Positions 12,195-25,770 are shown, counted from the stretch's first letter. The stretch is 64,000 nt of DNA from Octopus bimaculoides (GCF_001194135.2 NC_068997.1:37570075-37634074); one strand, 5' to 3'. The notes: generated by a model from the sequence alone, not told the origin. Numbers and translations: made by a program.

Positions 12195-13120
12195 GTGTTT
12201 GGGTTAAACATTGACAGTTTGCATAGAAGGAAAACACAATAACCCACTCAAAAATGAAGATATTTAAAAAAAATCAAAAAAATATCAGCTACATTATGGT
12301 TTGGAGGTAACAGGTTACCCAAAGTAGCTGTCCTCAGCATTCAGCATAGCCTCAAGACAGCTCTGAAATCTGGCACATGTATTCCTTGTATCATTGAGAA
12401 GATCTTCAAACACTTCCTTACAATTGAGGGAATTAGGAGGCCAGAAATTGGGGTTTGTGAAGTCATAGAAATTCTCTGACAACCAGCTTCTGACTCTTCT
12501 GGCAAAGAGTTGAATTTTGCTGCCAATAATTCTCTCCAGCCAGGGTTTTACCAGTCTCTAGCAGCTTCACATAACCATCTGAATTGAGCCTAAGACCCTA
12601 TTCAAAGATGTGGGCAGCATGACATTACTGTTGCTGGTGATACACACAAAGACTCATGATTTGGGTGGACTTAGTTTCCATGATATGTGGGACATCACAT
12701 GGATTGTAAGCAAGCCAGCTGTTGTTCTGAATGTTGTGTGACTGGTCCTAGCAGAAGTTTTTTTCATCTGAGATGAATTAGATCATTCCTGGTTCAACAG
12801 GATACCTCAGGTTGTTCAGAAGCGCCTTTGATTTTATCAAGTGGTTTTTTTTTTCTTGGCTTTGGCTGTCAGATTTGTCTATTGCATCTTTTTTATGAGT
12901 GGTGGTGAATATTCTCATTCAGGGCCAGTTTGGTGGTGACTCTCACCAAAGCCCAGATTGCCTTGCTTGATCTTCTACCACTTTGTCCTGCAGTTATCGA
13001 CTGAATCCCAGCATATGGATGCAGTCAGAATGCCTGCTGTGTCCCTTTCTGCTGGCCATGGCTTCACAGTCTCCATTGTAACTGCTTATGTCATTTGATG
13101 GCATCTGCTCTCACACTCAA
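12195..13120 (-). mobile_element. Decayed Tc1/mariner-superfamily transposase (IS630-like DDD group)
   Basis: - strand across frameshifts: KALLNNLRYP...FISDEKNFC*DQSHNIQNNSWLAYNPCDVPHIMETK, then WQQNS, then LSENFYDFTNPNFWPPNS(L)NC, matching the SDEK / WQQDxA / WPPNSPDxN catalytic motifs. Confidence 0.75.
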
Positions 13121-14933
13121 TAATAATAATGACAACTTCAATAATGATAATATTTTCTTAGTCACAAGTGTTTAAATAGATGCAAAAATACAAAACTTTC
13201 ACTAAAGGTTACACAGAAAGAAAGGATAACGTAGAATCCCTCCCCATCCAAAAAATAAAACTGCATTTACAAATACAAGAGTACGAGTAAGAGGCATTAT
13301 ACGACATATGGAAGGTTGTATTAAAAAATTTGATAAGTGCACCCATCCATATACATACACACACACACATACACATTCATATACAGACATGCTCATACAA
13401 TTGCAGCATATGCAGCATATGTATCAACATGTTTACATGGAGATAATTTCTAAAATGTATGATAAAACACAATAATTAAAACTAAAAATAATTAAATGAA
13501 TAAATTATGAAAGATTACTGGTTAGATTGAGTTGGGGGCACTCTGTTCACTGAATCATTTCCCAGACTGTGTCTGAGTGCAACTGCATGCATCAGTAAGC
13601 TTCTTTTGAGAGATCTGATGCTGAACAATGCCAATGACTTGAGAGTATTCTTTCTTAAGTTCAAATAATGTCTTAGTTTTAATTTTATGAGCAATCCATC
13701 GTTTATATATTCAGAACTTAGTTGTTCATATATATCTTTACTACTTCTTTGGAGATTCCTTTGCACCACAGATGTATCATTTTGTCTGTTACTTGCTTGT
13801 TTACATATGGTGAATCTTGGTTCATCTTTATTTCCTGCATTTTCTTTATTTCCTTGAGAAGGGATTTCTTTGTCATTTAGAAGAAATTGTTATTCCTCAC
13901 CTGCTTTCATTGTATTGCTGTGCCTCCTTTTTTGTGCGATATTTCCGTTTTATTTATGTATTTTTCTCTTTAATTATTTCTTCCTCTTCACATGATAAAG
14001 GTGTGGTACTACAGATTGATACAATAAGGAGATAAGATGTTTGTTCATCTGTTTGCTATCCCTATATCTTTGGCTGGTGGTACTCTGGAAAAATGGTTCT
14101 TTTTTGTTCTTTTTGTTGATACTGTTGCTATTCATTATTTTTGTTTTCATTATTTTTACTTAGTTTCCCCAGTTTTTCAAGGCATGTTTTACTCCAGTCT
14201 AATGCCCTTTATTAGGCACAGTTCTGAGCAAGTTCATTTTAACATCCTCTGATGTGAAACTCGACTTGGCACAATTTCTTTTCTTATGCCTGCTTTGATT
14301 ACTGTACTATGAGACAAAAGTCTGTACTAGCCATGAGCGTACATTGTATCCAATGTTTTTTATTGAAATTCTTGTGTCTTTCAACCTTTGTATTAGGTTA
14401 CAAATGTATAGTCAGAGGTATATCAAACATTTCAGCCTGTATTTTGGCTGTTTTCAGTGTAAAGGTACAGTAAATAGTGCCAAGCTTATTCCAATTTTTT
14501 ATATAATTTTTTTCTGATATACCCTGAAGAATTTCTTGAACAACTTGATGTGAGAGGAAATTGAAGCTGCTTTTATCTCTTCATAAAAATATATATCTTT
14601 TTCTTTGCCTTCTCTTGGATAATCTCTTGTATTGGTTTTTACAGAATTCTGACATCTTTTTTTTTTCTTGCAACTGTGATCAATCCAAAAATTCTGTCTG
14701 TTCATTTAACAAGGAAAGGTTGGTCTTCACTAGCTGCTCTATGAATAGGAGATAGTATGTGCAATTAAGACTTGCCTCAACATGGAGGATCCCTTTGTTT
14801 ACCAAAATCATGCATTTCAAGTCATGTCAAGAAACTTGGACCTGGTTTTGTGGTGGGCAGAAAGCACATGACACCATCAGGTAGTGATCTGTTACAAACC
14901 AACAAAATTAAGGGAAATATGAACTCACAGAAA

Positions 14934-15057
<124 letters not shown>

Positions 15058-15288
15058 GTATATATCCATCTCTCTCATACATTTATACATATACACATAT
15101 ATTTAGATAAGGATAGTTATGGCTGGTCTATGGATATGTATTAGTGACAAGCAGTATTAATACCAAATAGTAATCTTTATATCCAACTTAACATGGCTGT
15201 CTTGTTAGAGTACTGAATACTATGTTATTAGCCTTGAGAAACCCTCTCATATAAGTGTTTGGTGCATAAAAGCACACCCATAGATTAA

Positions 15289-15321
<33 letters not shown>

Positions 15322-15326
15322 TGTAT

Positions 15327-15374
<48 letters not shown>

Positions 15375-15629
15375 TCAGTAAACCATAAATACAAAAGAGA
15401 AGCATACTCTAAGTTATAGAAACAATAGAGTAATTAGATAAAGATAGTTATGGCCAGTCTATGGAGTTACCCTGGGTTTTATGTCCATAAAGTGATTAGC
15501 TTTACAACGTTTCTTCAGACCCTAATGACCAGTGGCCTATAACCTCTCTTCAAAGAGGAGGGAGAAAAGACTTCATAGCTACTTGTTGAACATACAGACA
15601 AAAGAGAAGGGTTAAGTGCAAAGGATTAT

Positions 15630-15688
<59 letters not shown>

Positions 15689-15759
15689 GTCAAACAAATC
15701 TTTAAGTTGACTCTAGTATTTATTTTAATGTCTGACACATATGCTATCAGTCTCTTATG

Positions 15760-16195
15760 CTGAACCACTAGGTTACAGGGATGTAAGTAAACCAACACCA
15801 GTTCTCAACAAACACAAAAGCACACTCACATAAACACACACACACACACACGATAGACACATATATACACGATAAACTTCTTCCAGTCTCTGTCTACCAA
15901 ATCCACTCACAAGCCTTTGGTTGGCCTGAGGTTATAAAAGAAAACATTTTGCCCAAGGTGTCATATAGTTGGGCGAACAAGCTTCTTACCCTCACAATTA
16001 TGCCTACACACATACACATAAACATATTTACAACATATTTCTTTTAGGTTCCATCTACTGGATCCATTCACGAGGCTTTGGTCAGTTTGCAGCTATAATA
16101 GAAGACACTTACCCAAGGTGTCACACAGTCAGACTGAACCCTGAACCATGTGGTTGGGAAGCATGCTTCTTATCACACAGCCATGCCTGCACCTA
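15760..16195 (-). mobile_element. tRNA-derived SINE (dominant family), diverged or composite copy
   Basis: Core tctaccaaatccactcacaagcctttgg and head ...cttatcacacagccatgcctgcacct; head region partly duplicated. Confidence 0.65.
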
Positions 16196-16199
16196 TATA

Positions 16200-17836
16200 T
16201 TGGGTCATCCCATAAATAATGTGTATTTTTTATACTTTTTTTATTTTTCAAAATTAAGATAAACAAAGTTCTTTTTTCATCTAAAATATACTCTCCTTCA
16301 TTTTCTACAATGCTATTCCATCTATCTGGTAGTCTTGTAAAATTCCCTTGTCCATGATGGAAAATACTCCTCCAGTACAGAATTCATATTTTTTTTCGTC
16401 CAAATGATTTTGAAGACTATGGAATAAATAATAATCAGATGAAGCAATGTCTAGCCAATATGGTGGGTGGAGCATCGTTTCCCATTCAAACTGCTCCAAC
16501 CTTTGGAATGTCATCCTTGCTGTATGTGGCTGAGCATTATCCTGATGGAAAAACACCTTTCATCTCAAAACCAAAGACGCTCGTTTTTCTTCTAGCACAG
16601 ACTTAAGCCGCTCAAACTGCTTCCAGTAGATTTCCTTTGTTATCATTGACTTGGTGAAGGCGGAGGTATTGTTTTCAGTCACGTTTGTTTGTTTGCTTGT
16701 TTGTCTGTTTGTTTGTCCGTAGACAAGATGTCTCAAGAACCATTGGATGGATTCGGATGAAACTTTCAGGGATGTTTGGCCGCGTGACTGGAACAAACTG
16801 ATTAGATTCTGGGATCGATCCAGTAACAGACAAGGATTCTGGATATTTTCCCATTTGTTTTACTTAATTTTTGAGAGCAGTTGAATTCATTTTTAGTATT
16901 CTCGTTTGTGAGAGCAGTCGAGTTTATTTCAGATATTCTCATTTCAAAAATCATCTCTGACTAATCGTTGAGAGGACGTTGGTGTTGCCTTGGTAGAGAT
17001 TTGTGCTCTCTGAAAGCTCTTGTTATTGTTTGGTTTGGGTTTACAAGTTCAAAGTGAACTAAACCTTTCATATCCCACCAAACAGATAACATCTTATGTG
17101 GGTGAAAACCTTCTTTAACCTAGGGTGCTGGTGTTTCTCCTTTCCCTACCCACTGTCTTTGGTGCTTGAAATTTTTATAGAGAACCCCTTTCTCATCACC
17201 AGTCATTCTTTGGTCCAAAAAGGTTCATTCCTGAGATGTGACAGCAAAGAAGAACACATATTCACTTTCTGCACACAATTAGACTTGGAAAGTTTGTGAG
17301 GAACCCATTGAACCAATTTGCTGACTTTTCCGATGGCATGCAGGTGTTGATGAATGGTTGAATGACCAAGTCCAAACTTCTCTACTAGTTTCTCAACAAT
17401 CATCATGGGATTTGGTTCCACCAGGGTTTGCAGGACATCCTCGTTGAACTCTACTGATCTTCCAGGACAAGGCTCATCTTTTAGGCTGCAGTTTCTGGCT
17501 TGGAATTTCTAGAACCACCGTTGACACTGGCTTACACTTATTGTCCAATCCCTATGTACTGCATTAATATTCCTCGCACTTTCCATTGTGTTGTTGCCTT
17601 TATTGAACTCATAAAGCAAAATATGCCAAATATGCTCCTTTGTCATTTCCATTATAGCTTTGAAAAAATAACTGTTAAGATCAAAACTGCACTCTTCAAA
17701 ACTTGCATTAAGAATAAGTACAAGGTAAAATTGGTACCTGCTTTTATAGCAAGTTGATGCAGGTAGTTTATCCCATCCCCCTCTGACATTTAGTTCATGC
17801 AATTGAAAAAGCCACATTATTCATGGGATGACCCAA
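16200..17836 (-). mobile_element. Full-length but inactivated mariner element with TIRs and TA flanks
   Basis: TIR ttgggtcatcccataaataatg at 16200 and cattattcatgggatgacccaa ending 17836, TA on both sides. Transposase pieces KEHIWHILLYEFNKG, WVPHKLS, FHQDNAQPHTA, HPPYWLDIASSDYYLF. About 1.25 kb without the nested insertion. Confidence 0.92.
16642..17024 (+). mobile_element. Helentron-associated / DINE-1-like non-autonomous element nested in the mariner transposase
   Basis: Removing it restores the mariner frame KPNQTITKEIYWKQ. It has 5' ...aaggcggaggtattgttttc, a (TTTG/TCTG)n tract, and 3' ccttggtagagatttgtgctctctgaaagctcttgtt, a layout typical of HINE/DINE-1 elements. Confidence 0.6.
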
Positions 17837-17878
17837 TATATATACATTTATATATATAACTTACATAACTTAATAGCA

Positions 17879-17910
<32 letters not shown>

Positions 17911-17936
17911 CTAACCTTGAAGCCGGTCTTCAGGTG

Positions 17937-18044
17937 GCATTCAGGCTAGCTGAATGTAGGCATTCAGGCTAGCTGAATGTAGGCATTCAGGCTAGCTGAA
18001 TGTAGGCGTTCAGGCTAGCTGAATGTAGGCGTTCAGGCTAGCTG
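17937..18044. repeat. 23-bp minisatellite, about 4.7 copies
   Basis: Unit gc(a/g)ttcaggctagctgaatgtag starting at 17937, 17960, 17983, 18006 and 18029; head-to-tail with no spacers. Confidence 0.95.
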
Positions 18045-18579
18045 GAAATTCTGTAGGGTATTCACGTAGAAAAAACTCTAGAACTCTGGAGTTGCAGGCC
18101 AATATGTAACCAGAACAGGAAGATTAGTTTTCCACCTAGACATAAGTTTCATAAACTACAAAATATAATATCCACACTACCACATGTGAAACATACCTGT
18201 TATAACTCTTTATCTTGATTTGAATGAACGTGAAGGTATTTAGAATGCGCAAACTTATTTCTGCAAATGTGCTAAGAACTGATGCTGATCATAGTTTAAT
18301 CAATAAGTGTAGGAATGAGGTAAATATATATATACATATCATTGCTAAATCATAAATCTGAAAGAGAAGCACACTCTAAGATATAGAGCAGTAGAGTAAT
18401 TAAATATAGTTATGGCCAGTCTATGGGGTTATCCAGGGTTACAAGTCCACAAAGCTTTATGGAGTTTCTTCAGACCCTAGTGGCCAGTGACCAATGGCTA
18501 TAAAACTCCAAAGACCAGCCATAACTATCTTTAACATATATATATATATATAGATAGGAAGATAGATAGATAGATAGAC

Positions 18580-18612
<33 letters not shown>

Positions 18613-19717
18613 TAGATAGATAGATAGATAGATATATAGATAGATAGATAGATGTGTGTATTTTTCCCTTGTTAACAATTAACACGGTAAAAATAGATAA
18701 ACCAGGGCAGTAAAAAATCACACAAGTAAAAAGGGTGTAACTCCTTGTTTTTAAAGGTAGAAACTCTGGGTTTACATGAAATATTTTGTATAATATATAT
18801 AAATAAATAAATGGAGTTAAACGNNNNNNNNNNNNNNNNNNNNNNNNNNNNNNNNNNNNNNNNNNNNNNNNNNNNNNNNNNNNNNNNNNNNNNNNNNNNN
18901 NNNNNNNNNNNNNNNNNNNNNNNNNNNNNNNNNNNNNNNNNNNNNNNNNNNNNNNNNNNNNNNNNNNNNNNNNNNNNNNNNNNNNNNNNNNNNNNNNNNN
19001 NNNNNNNNNNNNNNNNNNNNNNNNNNNNNNNNNNNNNNNNNNNNNNNNNNNNNNNNNNNNNNNNNNNNNNNNNNNNNNNNNNNNNNNNNNNNNNNNNNNN
19101 NNNNNNNNNNNNNNNNNNNNNNNNNNNNNNNNNNNNNNNNNNNNNNNNNNNNNNNNNNNNNNNNNNNNNNNNNNNNNNNNNNNNNNNNNNNNNNNNNNNN
19201 NNNNNNNNNNNNNNNNNNNNNNNNNNNNNNNNNNNNNNNNNNNNNNNNNNNNNNNNNNNNNNNNNNNNNNNNNNNNNNNNNNNNNNNNNNNNNNNNNNNN
19301 NNNNNNNNNNNNNNNNNNNNNNNNNNNNNNNNNNNNNNNNNNNNNNNNNNNNNNNNNNNNNNNNNNNNNNNNNNNNNNNNNNNNNNNNNNNNNNNNNNNN
19401 NNNNNNNNNNNNNNNNNNNNNNNNNNNNNNNNNNNNNNNNNNNNNNNNNNNNNNNNNNNNNNNNNNNNNNNNNNNNNNNNNNNNNNNNNNNNNNNNNNNN
19501 NNNNNNNNNNNNNNNNNNNNNNNNNNNNNNNNNNNNNNNNNNNNNNNNNNNNNNNNNNNNNNNNNNNNNNNNNNNNNNNNNNNNNNNNNNNNNNNNNNNN
19601 NNNNNNNNNNNNNNNNNNNNNNNNNNNNNNAAAAAAAATAACGTCGACCACTAACGTGGACAATTAATGCGCTAGAAATAGATCACATCTTGTGTCTATT
19701 AAGACCTAAATTGTTCT

Positions 19718-19756
<39 letters not shown>

Positions 19757-20221
19757 CATACATACACATATACTTCTAGTATAAGTATATGTCTTTATAC
19801 ATCTTCATGTATATATATGTATATATCTTTATCCTAATTAAACACAATTGAAAGAACATTAAATGAAAATTGCCATGTCTGTGTCATGCTAAATTTATGA
19901 ATACACATATATGCTACCATTCACCCACTCACACACACACGCACATTCATGCACATGTCCCTATATTTGATGGGGAAATTTTATATCTGTGTGCTCATGT
20001 TGTGGGTCCATGTAATTTCTATATTTGTTTACTTTTTTGATCTAAATGTATGACTCGTATCTGTTGTAATGATGCATTGTGTTAAGTGAGTATGTAGACA
20101 TCAGCAGGATGTGTATATGCAACACCAAAAAATGGGTGATATGAGTGTGTATGTATGCAGTACAAAAACTAAGGAACAAGAAAGCTTCTGTGAGTGTGTG
20201 CACACATAAACATGCAGTCAT

Positions 20222-20263
<42 letters not shown>

Positions 20264-21026
20264 ATATGTGCACGCACACACACATGTGCATGCACACACA
20301 CACACACACAGAGTGTCTAATTACAAAGGCAATAACCATTAAAATATCAAACACTAGTAATTCACACATTCACCAACTGCCCCGCACATGCACTTCCTAC
20401 CAATCAAATACACACTCTCACTCATACACTTTCCAAATAGTAGAAATCCCCTAATAAAAGTTTGGAGTCCAGCAACTCAAACCTGGAGTAATGAGAGTGT
20501 GTTAATTGATTAGGTCACATATGACAAAGACTGACAAATCAGGTGACAAACTGACTGGTCAAATAATTAACCAAACAGTCAATTAGTTAATTCATTTATT
20601 GTTTTACTAGTTGACTGATGATAACAAAAATGTAAAAGAGCTGGTGCTTGTTTCATAATGGCAAAATGACCTGCCTAAGATCTCTCCAGATATTTTGTAG
20701 CTATTTAAACAATGTGTTCAGAGATGGTTAATGAATTGGATATGGTGCTGAAGAGGTAGTAAGAACTGAAATATGCATATTCACACATTAACTATTTTCC
20801 TATCTTTGATCACATTGTTTACATAGATGTATTCATATAAAAAAACATTACAAATCAGTGTTGGCTTTCATTTCTACAGAATAAATGTTAAGATACTTTA
20901 AAAAGAGATTTATAGTACTTCTACCATAGGTTGGGTGCAGTATTGACTTATAATATTTACGCAACCATAATACACTAGTGTATTATGGTTGCATAATGGA
21001 ATTCACTGCTCCTACCAGCAATTAAT

Positions 21027-21062
<36 letters not shown>

Positions 21063-21245
21063 ATATTGCAACAAAGACTAAAGAGACCAATAATCTGAAT
21101 AGATTTTAATGTATATGTATAGACACATACACAAACATGTGCATGCGTTTGTTTGTATGTATATCTATATATTTATATAGATATATATATCTTCATATAC
21201 ACGAACATGTATAAAAATGCACATACCGTATATACTCAGTTGCAG

Positions 21246-21297
21246 GATGTCATGTGAAGTGGTGTTTGCTGTTGTTCACCAATTGTGCTGTCTGTGA
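21246..21297 (+). CDS. Candidate additional PCBP alternative terminal exon, (R)MSCEVVFAVVHQLCCL*
   Basis: tgcag|G ATG TCA TGT GAA GTG gives phase 2 like the other terminal exons. RMSCEV resembles RITTEV/RLTSEV. AATAAA at 21411-21416. The polypyrimidine tract is poor. Confidence 0.3.
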
Positions 21298-22541
21298 AAC
21301 ACGTTTCTCACCGTGTAAAAAGACAAGCATATGACATATGTGTTTATTGTATTTGGAGATGATGAAAATATAAAGGGCACATGAGAGAGAACATTGAAAA
21401 TGATGAATGAAATAAACATGAAATGAAAAAACCGTATAAAAAGCTCGTAAAAAAACTATCAGCATTCTTTGGACTGAACTCTCAGAAATGCCAAAATGAA
21501 CAACTGGTTTTGTTTGTTAATTTCCATAAAAATTTTAAATTTATTTTTCTTTTGTTTAAAAATGAAATAGAGGAGAAAGTGAAAGATGTATGTATGTGTA
21601 TATGAAATGGACGTGTGTGTTTGTGTGTGAGGAGTGTGCCACTTAGACATCACTCTCTCTGTGTCTCTCTCTCTCACATACACACACACGCACACATTCA
21701 TACCAAAAGATGTATGCATATGCATTTATATATGTACATATACATGACAACACACCCCTTCACTCACTCTCTCTCTCAGACACACACACACATACATAAA
21801 TGTATACAAATGTACATACAAAAACATGTGTGCTTGTGTGACTGACTATAAATACATTGAGCTGAACATGGTGTGCAAAAAGTAAATAAAGAAAAAAAAT
21901 TTATGGAAATTAATGAAGTGTGCAAGTTGAAGTAAAAGAATGCCAAACTATCTTGTAACGAATATTTAAATTAGTGAACCTGAGATATGAATTTAAATAC
22001 AGATACACAAATCTTATTAAGATGAAACAGTATGAGAAGAAATAATGAAGAAATAATTTGGTACATTTAAATCAAGTATTTAAACTAAGATATAGATATA
22101 AAGCACGTATGAAAGACGATCACATTTGTGTATTTGGTACTTACTTTGATGATAGATTAATTCTTTTCCAATGGATTTAGTAACTTTAATTCATATGTGG
22201 TAGGAAATATTTTAAAATAGGTTGTAATTGCTAAAAGATAATTATACTTTTGTATATATATTTAATGTTTTAAGGTAGCTAACTGTGCATGGAAATTGAA
22301 TTAGTCACTTAAAACGAAATATGCCTCTGATCCATGCCTTCAATTTCGTTTTTTCATCTGAAATTTACATTTTCATTTTCTAAAGGAAAGTATTAAAATA
22401 TACAAATATTTGAAGAAAGATTATTAAAATATATTTTGTTTGCTTTTGTGTTATTTTCCTTTAAGCATATTTGTTGCATTAAGCAACAAATATTTAGATA
22501 TAGAAATATACATGCAAACATAAATATGTACATATACAAAT

Positions 22542-22573
<32 letters not shown>

Positions 22574-22749
22574 NNNNNNNNNNNNNNNNNNNNNNNNNNN
22601 NNNNNNNNNNNNNNNNNNNNNNNNNNNNNNNNNNNNNNNNNNNNNNNNNNNNCACTCACACACACACACACACACACACATTAGTGTTATTGTTCATCAA
22701 TAAATGACCTAATGATCTGCAACATGAACTTCAAGAATGAGCCAGTCAC

Positions 22750-24665
22750 TTGATTACCTATTGATCTGGTGAGCACAAAAGCCAAATCAACTTCATTCTC
22801 CCCGGAAAATGAGATAGATAGAAAGTTGTAAAGGCAAAGTTCTTCCATGTTGAAGAATGTGCAATCCTATGAAGGTTAGTGGTCAGTGACTTAGAACTAG
22901 AAGGATTCAAAGACACAAACAAGTCAGGAGAGGAAGATATAGAAGCTTAAATATATATTGGATAATTGGAGATTCAGAAGAGTTCTAACTGAAACAATTT
23001 GCTAGGAGGTAAGTTGAGATGTATAACATAAATTACAACTGGAAGTAGAACAGGACAACTCATGGAGAATGACAGACCAAACCTGTGGTTCCTGCCAAAC
23101 CAAGGATGATATATAGGTGGTAGAACAGTGAAGAGACAGGCTTGGAAAAATTGGAAGAATGGGGGTAGCAGGAAATTATACTAGATAGCTGGAAGAGAAG
23201 CTAGGCGATAGTGTTATTTAGCAAAGGAACGAGCAGAAAGGAGATTTATCAAAGTTATACAAGTTATACAGTGTAAAAACCAGAAGCATGAGGTGTTCTG
23301 GATTGCAAGACAGTGTACCAGAGAGAACTGAGATGTGGGACAGAAGTGTATACAGATAATAGTACATTTGCTCTTAGTGATTCTGAAAAGAAAGAGACAT
23401 GAAATTGCTTCTATGAAAGGTTATTAAATGTGAAGAATGTATTGAAGGAAGGTCTTTCCAACGTGGATCCAGCTGAGAAACCAGTCATTCTTGTTGACAG
23501 CAGGGTGATAGATAAAACAATTGAGGTTAAAATGCAGAAATAACCCCTTTACCATCAGTAATTACAGCCAAATGCTTAGAATATTTGGTGGTGTCGGATA
23601 CAGTCTAATTACCCATCTTGTCAATCAGGTTGTGCAGGAAAATGTTTTAACCAATGACTTACATTATAGCTAACTGTTACAAGAATAAATGATATGCCTT
23701 AGAGAAAGGTACTTACAATAGCATCAAATTGCTGGACCAGGTTATGAAAGATATCGAGAAGTCATACCTCAATTAATTAGAGAAAGAGTTACACGAGGGG
23801 AATGTACTACTGATGCCTTTTCCTGGTAAAGCAACTGCAGGAAAAGTACTTGGCTAAAGTAAGCTGCTGTACTACTCATCTTGGAGCAAACCTTTGATAG
23901 AATCCCTTACTGTATAATCTAGTGTTATTGAGAATGCTAGGGGATAGATGAATGGCTTGTTTGTGCCATGCTGTCAATAAGATAAATGTCAACAAGTATA
24001 GCCATGAACATAATATGCAGGTAGTCTAAGCTCAGTTCTCTGTCTCCTATTCATCATAATCCTCCAGGCTATAACACAAAGTTTACTTTTAAGCTTTATG
24101 GTCGATGCACAGAAGCAATAAACATTAAGAATGCACAGGAAATAGATTTTCTTGAATAACCAAGAGAATCCCAAGAGGTAGTAGATAGCTTTTGTTACCT
24201 TGGTGACCTAATTAGCTTTGGAGGAAGTTTTAAAAAAATAGTTGCTAGGATAAGAACAGGCTGGAGGAAGTTCAGAGAAATGTTTCCTGGATTTTCTTTC
24301 TCAGTGTGAAAATCTCAAGGATTTTCTTTCTCAGAGTGAAAGGCAGATTGTATGATGCATGTGTATGAAGAGCAATGCTACAAGGTACTGCAACATGGGC
24401 TATGAAAACAGAGGATATATGATTGTGGACTGCATTGATATGGTCCTGCAATGCATATGAATGAGAACAGTTGTATAAAGAAGTGCTGATTGCTAAATAT
24501 TGATGGAACTTGTGGAAGAGGAAGACCCAGAGAGACAGACAAAGGAAGAAGTAGTGAGGGCTGATCTAAGGAATTTGGCTCTCATGAAGGAGATAGCAAA
24601 AGATCAGGATGTTTGGCAATGTGTCACTCTAGAAGACACCCATCTTGCTGAAGCTGAGGTTCTGC
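22750..24665 (+). mobile_element. Decayed RTE-clade LINE ORF2 (5'-truncated)
   Basis: KRQAWKNWKNGGS, IKLLDQVMK, LEQTFDRIP, EVVDSFCYLGDLISFGGS, IVARIRTGWRKFRE; many stops. Confidence 0.8.
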
Positions 24666-25770
24666 AAGCATTGTCTCTATATATTTACAAATGGGCCTCT
24701 CACCCAATTTTCTCATTAAATCTTTCCTCTACATCCTTATTCTCTATTACTGATCTCTCCATCACCTGCCAACTGTAGTGTTTCATTTCCATGATCAAAT
24801 GAAGGCAGAACTACATATCTTATCATTTCTTTCTGTAATATCAGTTATCTATCTCACCACCTGGGACCGTTTCAATGGACTTTCATCCTTCATTCTTACT
24901 TTGTCCCTCTTTATTCACTTTTTACATTGATCACTCCAATCTTATATGCTACTTATCCTCTCTCTCCCTCTCTACTGAATCATTTCCTGTTAATTTACCT
25001 TTATCATTACATTTCTCACTCTACCCATGCACTATGTCTTTCTCTCTATTCACATACTTGCAACCAACCCATTCATATATCATTTATTTCTCTCTACCCT
25101 GCTGCTCTTCACTCTCCTGTACTGCTAATCTGCACTTACTCCCCAACTCATATGCATCATTGATTACTCCTCCAACATTCACTACATCCACCCCAATACA
25201 TTTTTCAATCTCTAGTCATCATTTACTTTTCCCTATCTTCCCTTCAGCTCATAGAAATTCCCCCACCTTGTCCTTTGTTCATCATTCAGTATATTCACAC
25301 CCTCCTCCATTTCTCACCATCCTTTTCTTCCTCACTTTTTCTCTACACTTTTGCTACTTCTGTCCAGCCTCCATCCCTTTTCTCCCCATTGGTACCACCA
25401 TTTATATTTCTCTTTCCTGTTCCAAATCAATCACTGCCACTCACTATTATGTCAGCATGTCAGCCATGTACTTCTTCTGCAGCGAGAAACCTGTTCTGGT
25501 GCTTTGCTTCATACTTTAACCTTCCATCACCTACTATAAAGCTACCTCCCTTTCCACTGTTATCCCACTTAATTGATGCAGATCATAGTCTTGTGAGCAT
25601 TAAGGTGGCTTCACTAATACTGGTGTCACAAGAAAAAGCATCAAGTATACTTTGTAAAGTGGTTGGCATTAGGTTGAGCATAGAAACTATACCAGAGTAG
25701 ACAGTGAAGTATGATACCTTCTTCTGATTCACTGGATCCTGTCAAACTGCCCAACCATACCAGCATGGTT
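24660..25770 (+). mobile_element. Second copy of the CT-rich tail plus SINE-like composite repeat
   Basis: Same motif order as 1600-2490. Confidence 0.45.

Noticed and set aside
12270-12530. Initial reading as a + strand RTE fragment
   Set aside because: The - strand gives clear Tc1/mariner catalytic motifs (WQQNS, NFWPPNS) continuous with 12530-13120
17937-18044. CRISPR-like array of palindromic 23-bp repeats
   Set aside because: No spacers (head-to-tail tandem), no cas genes, eukaryotic context
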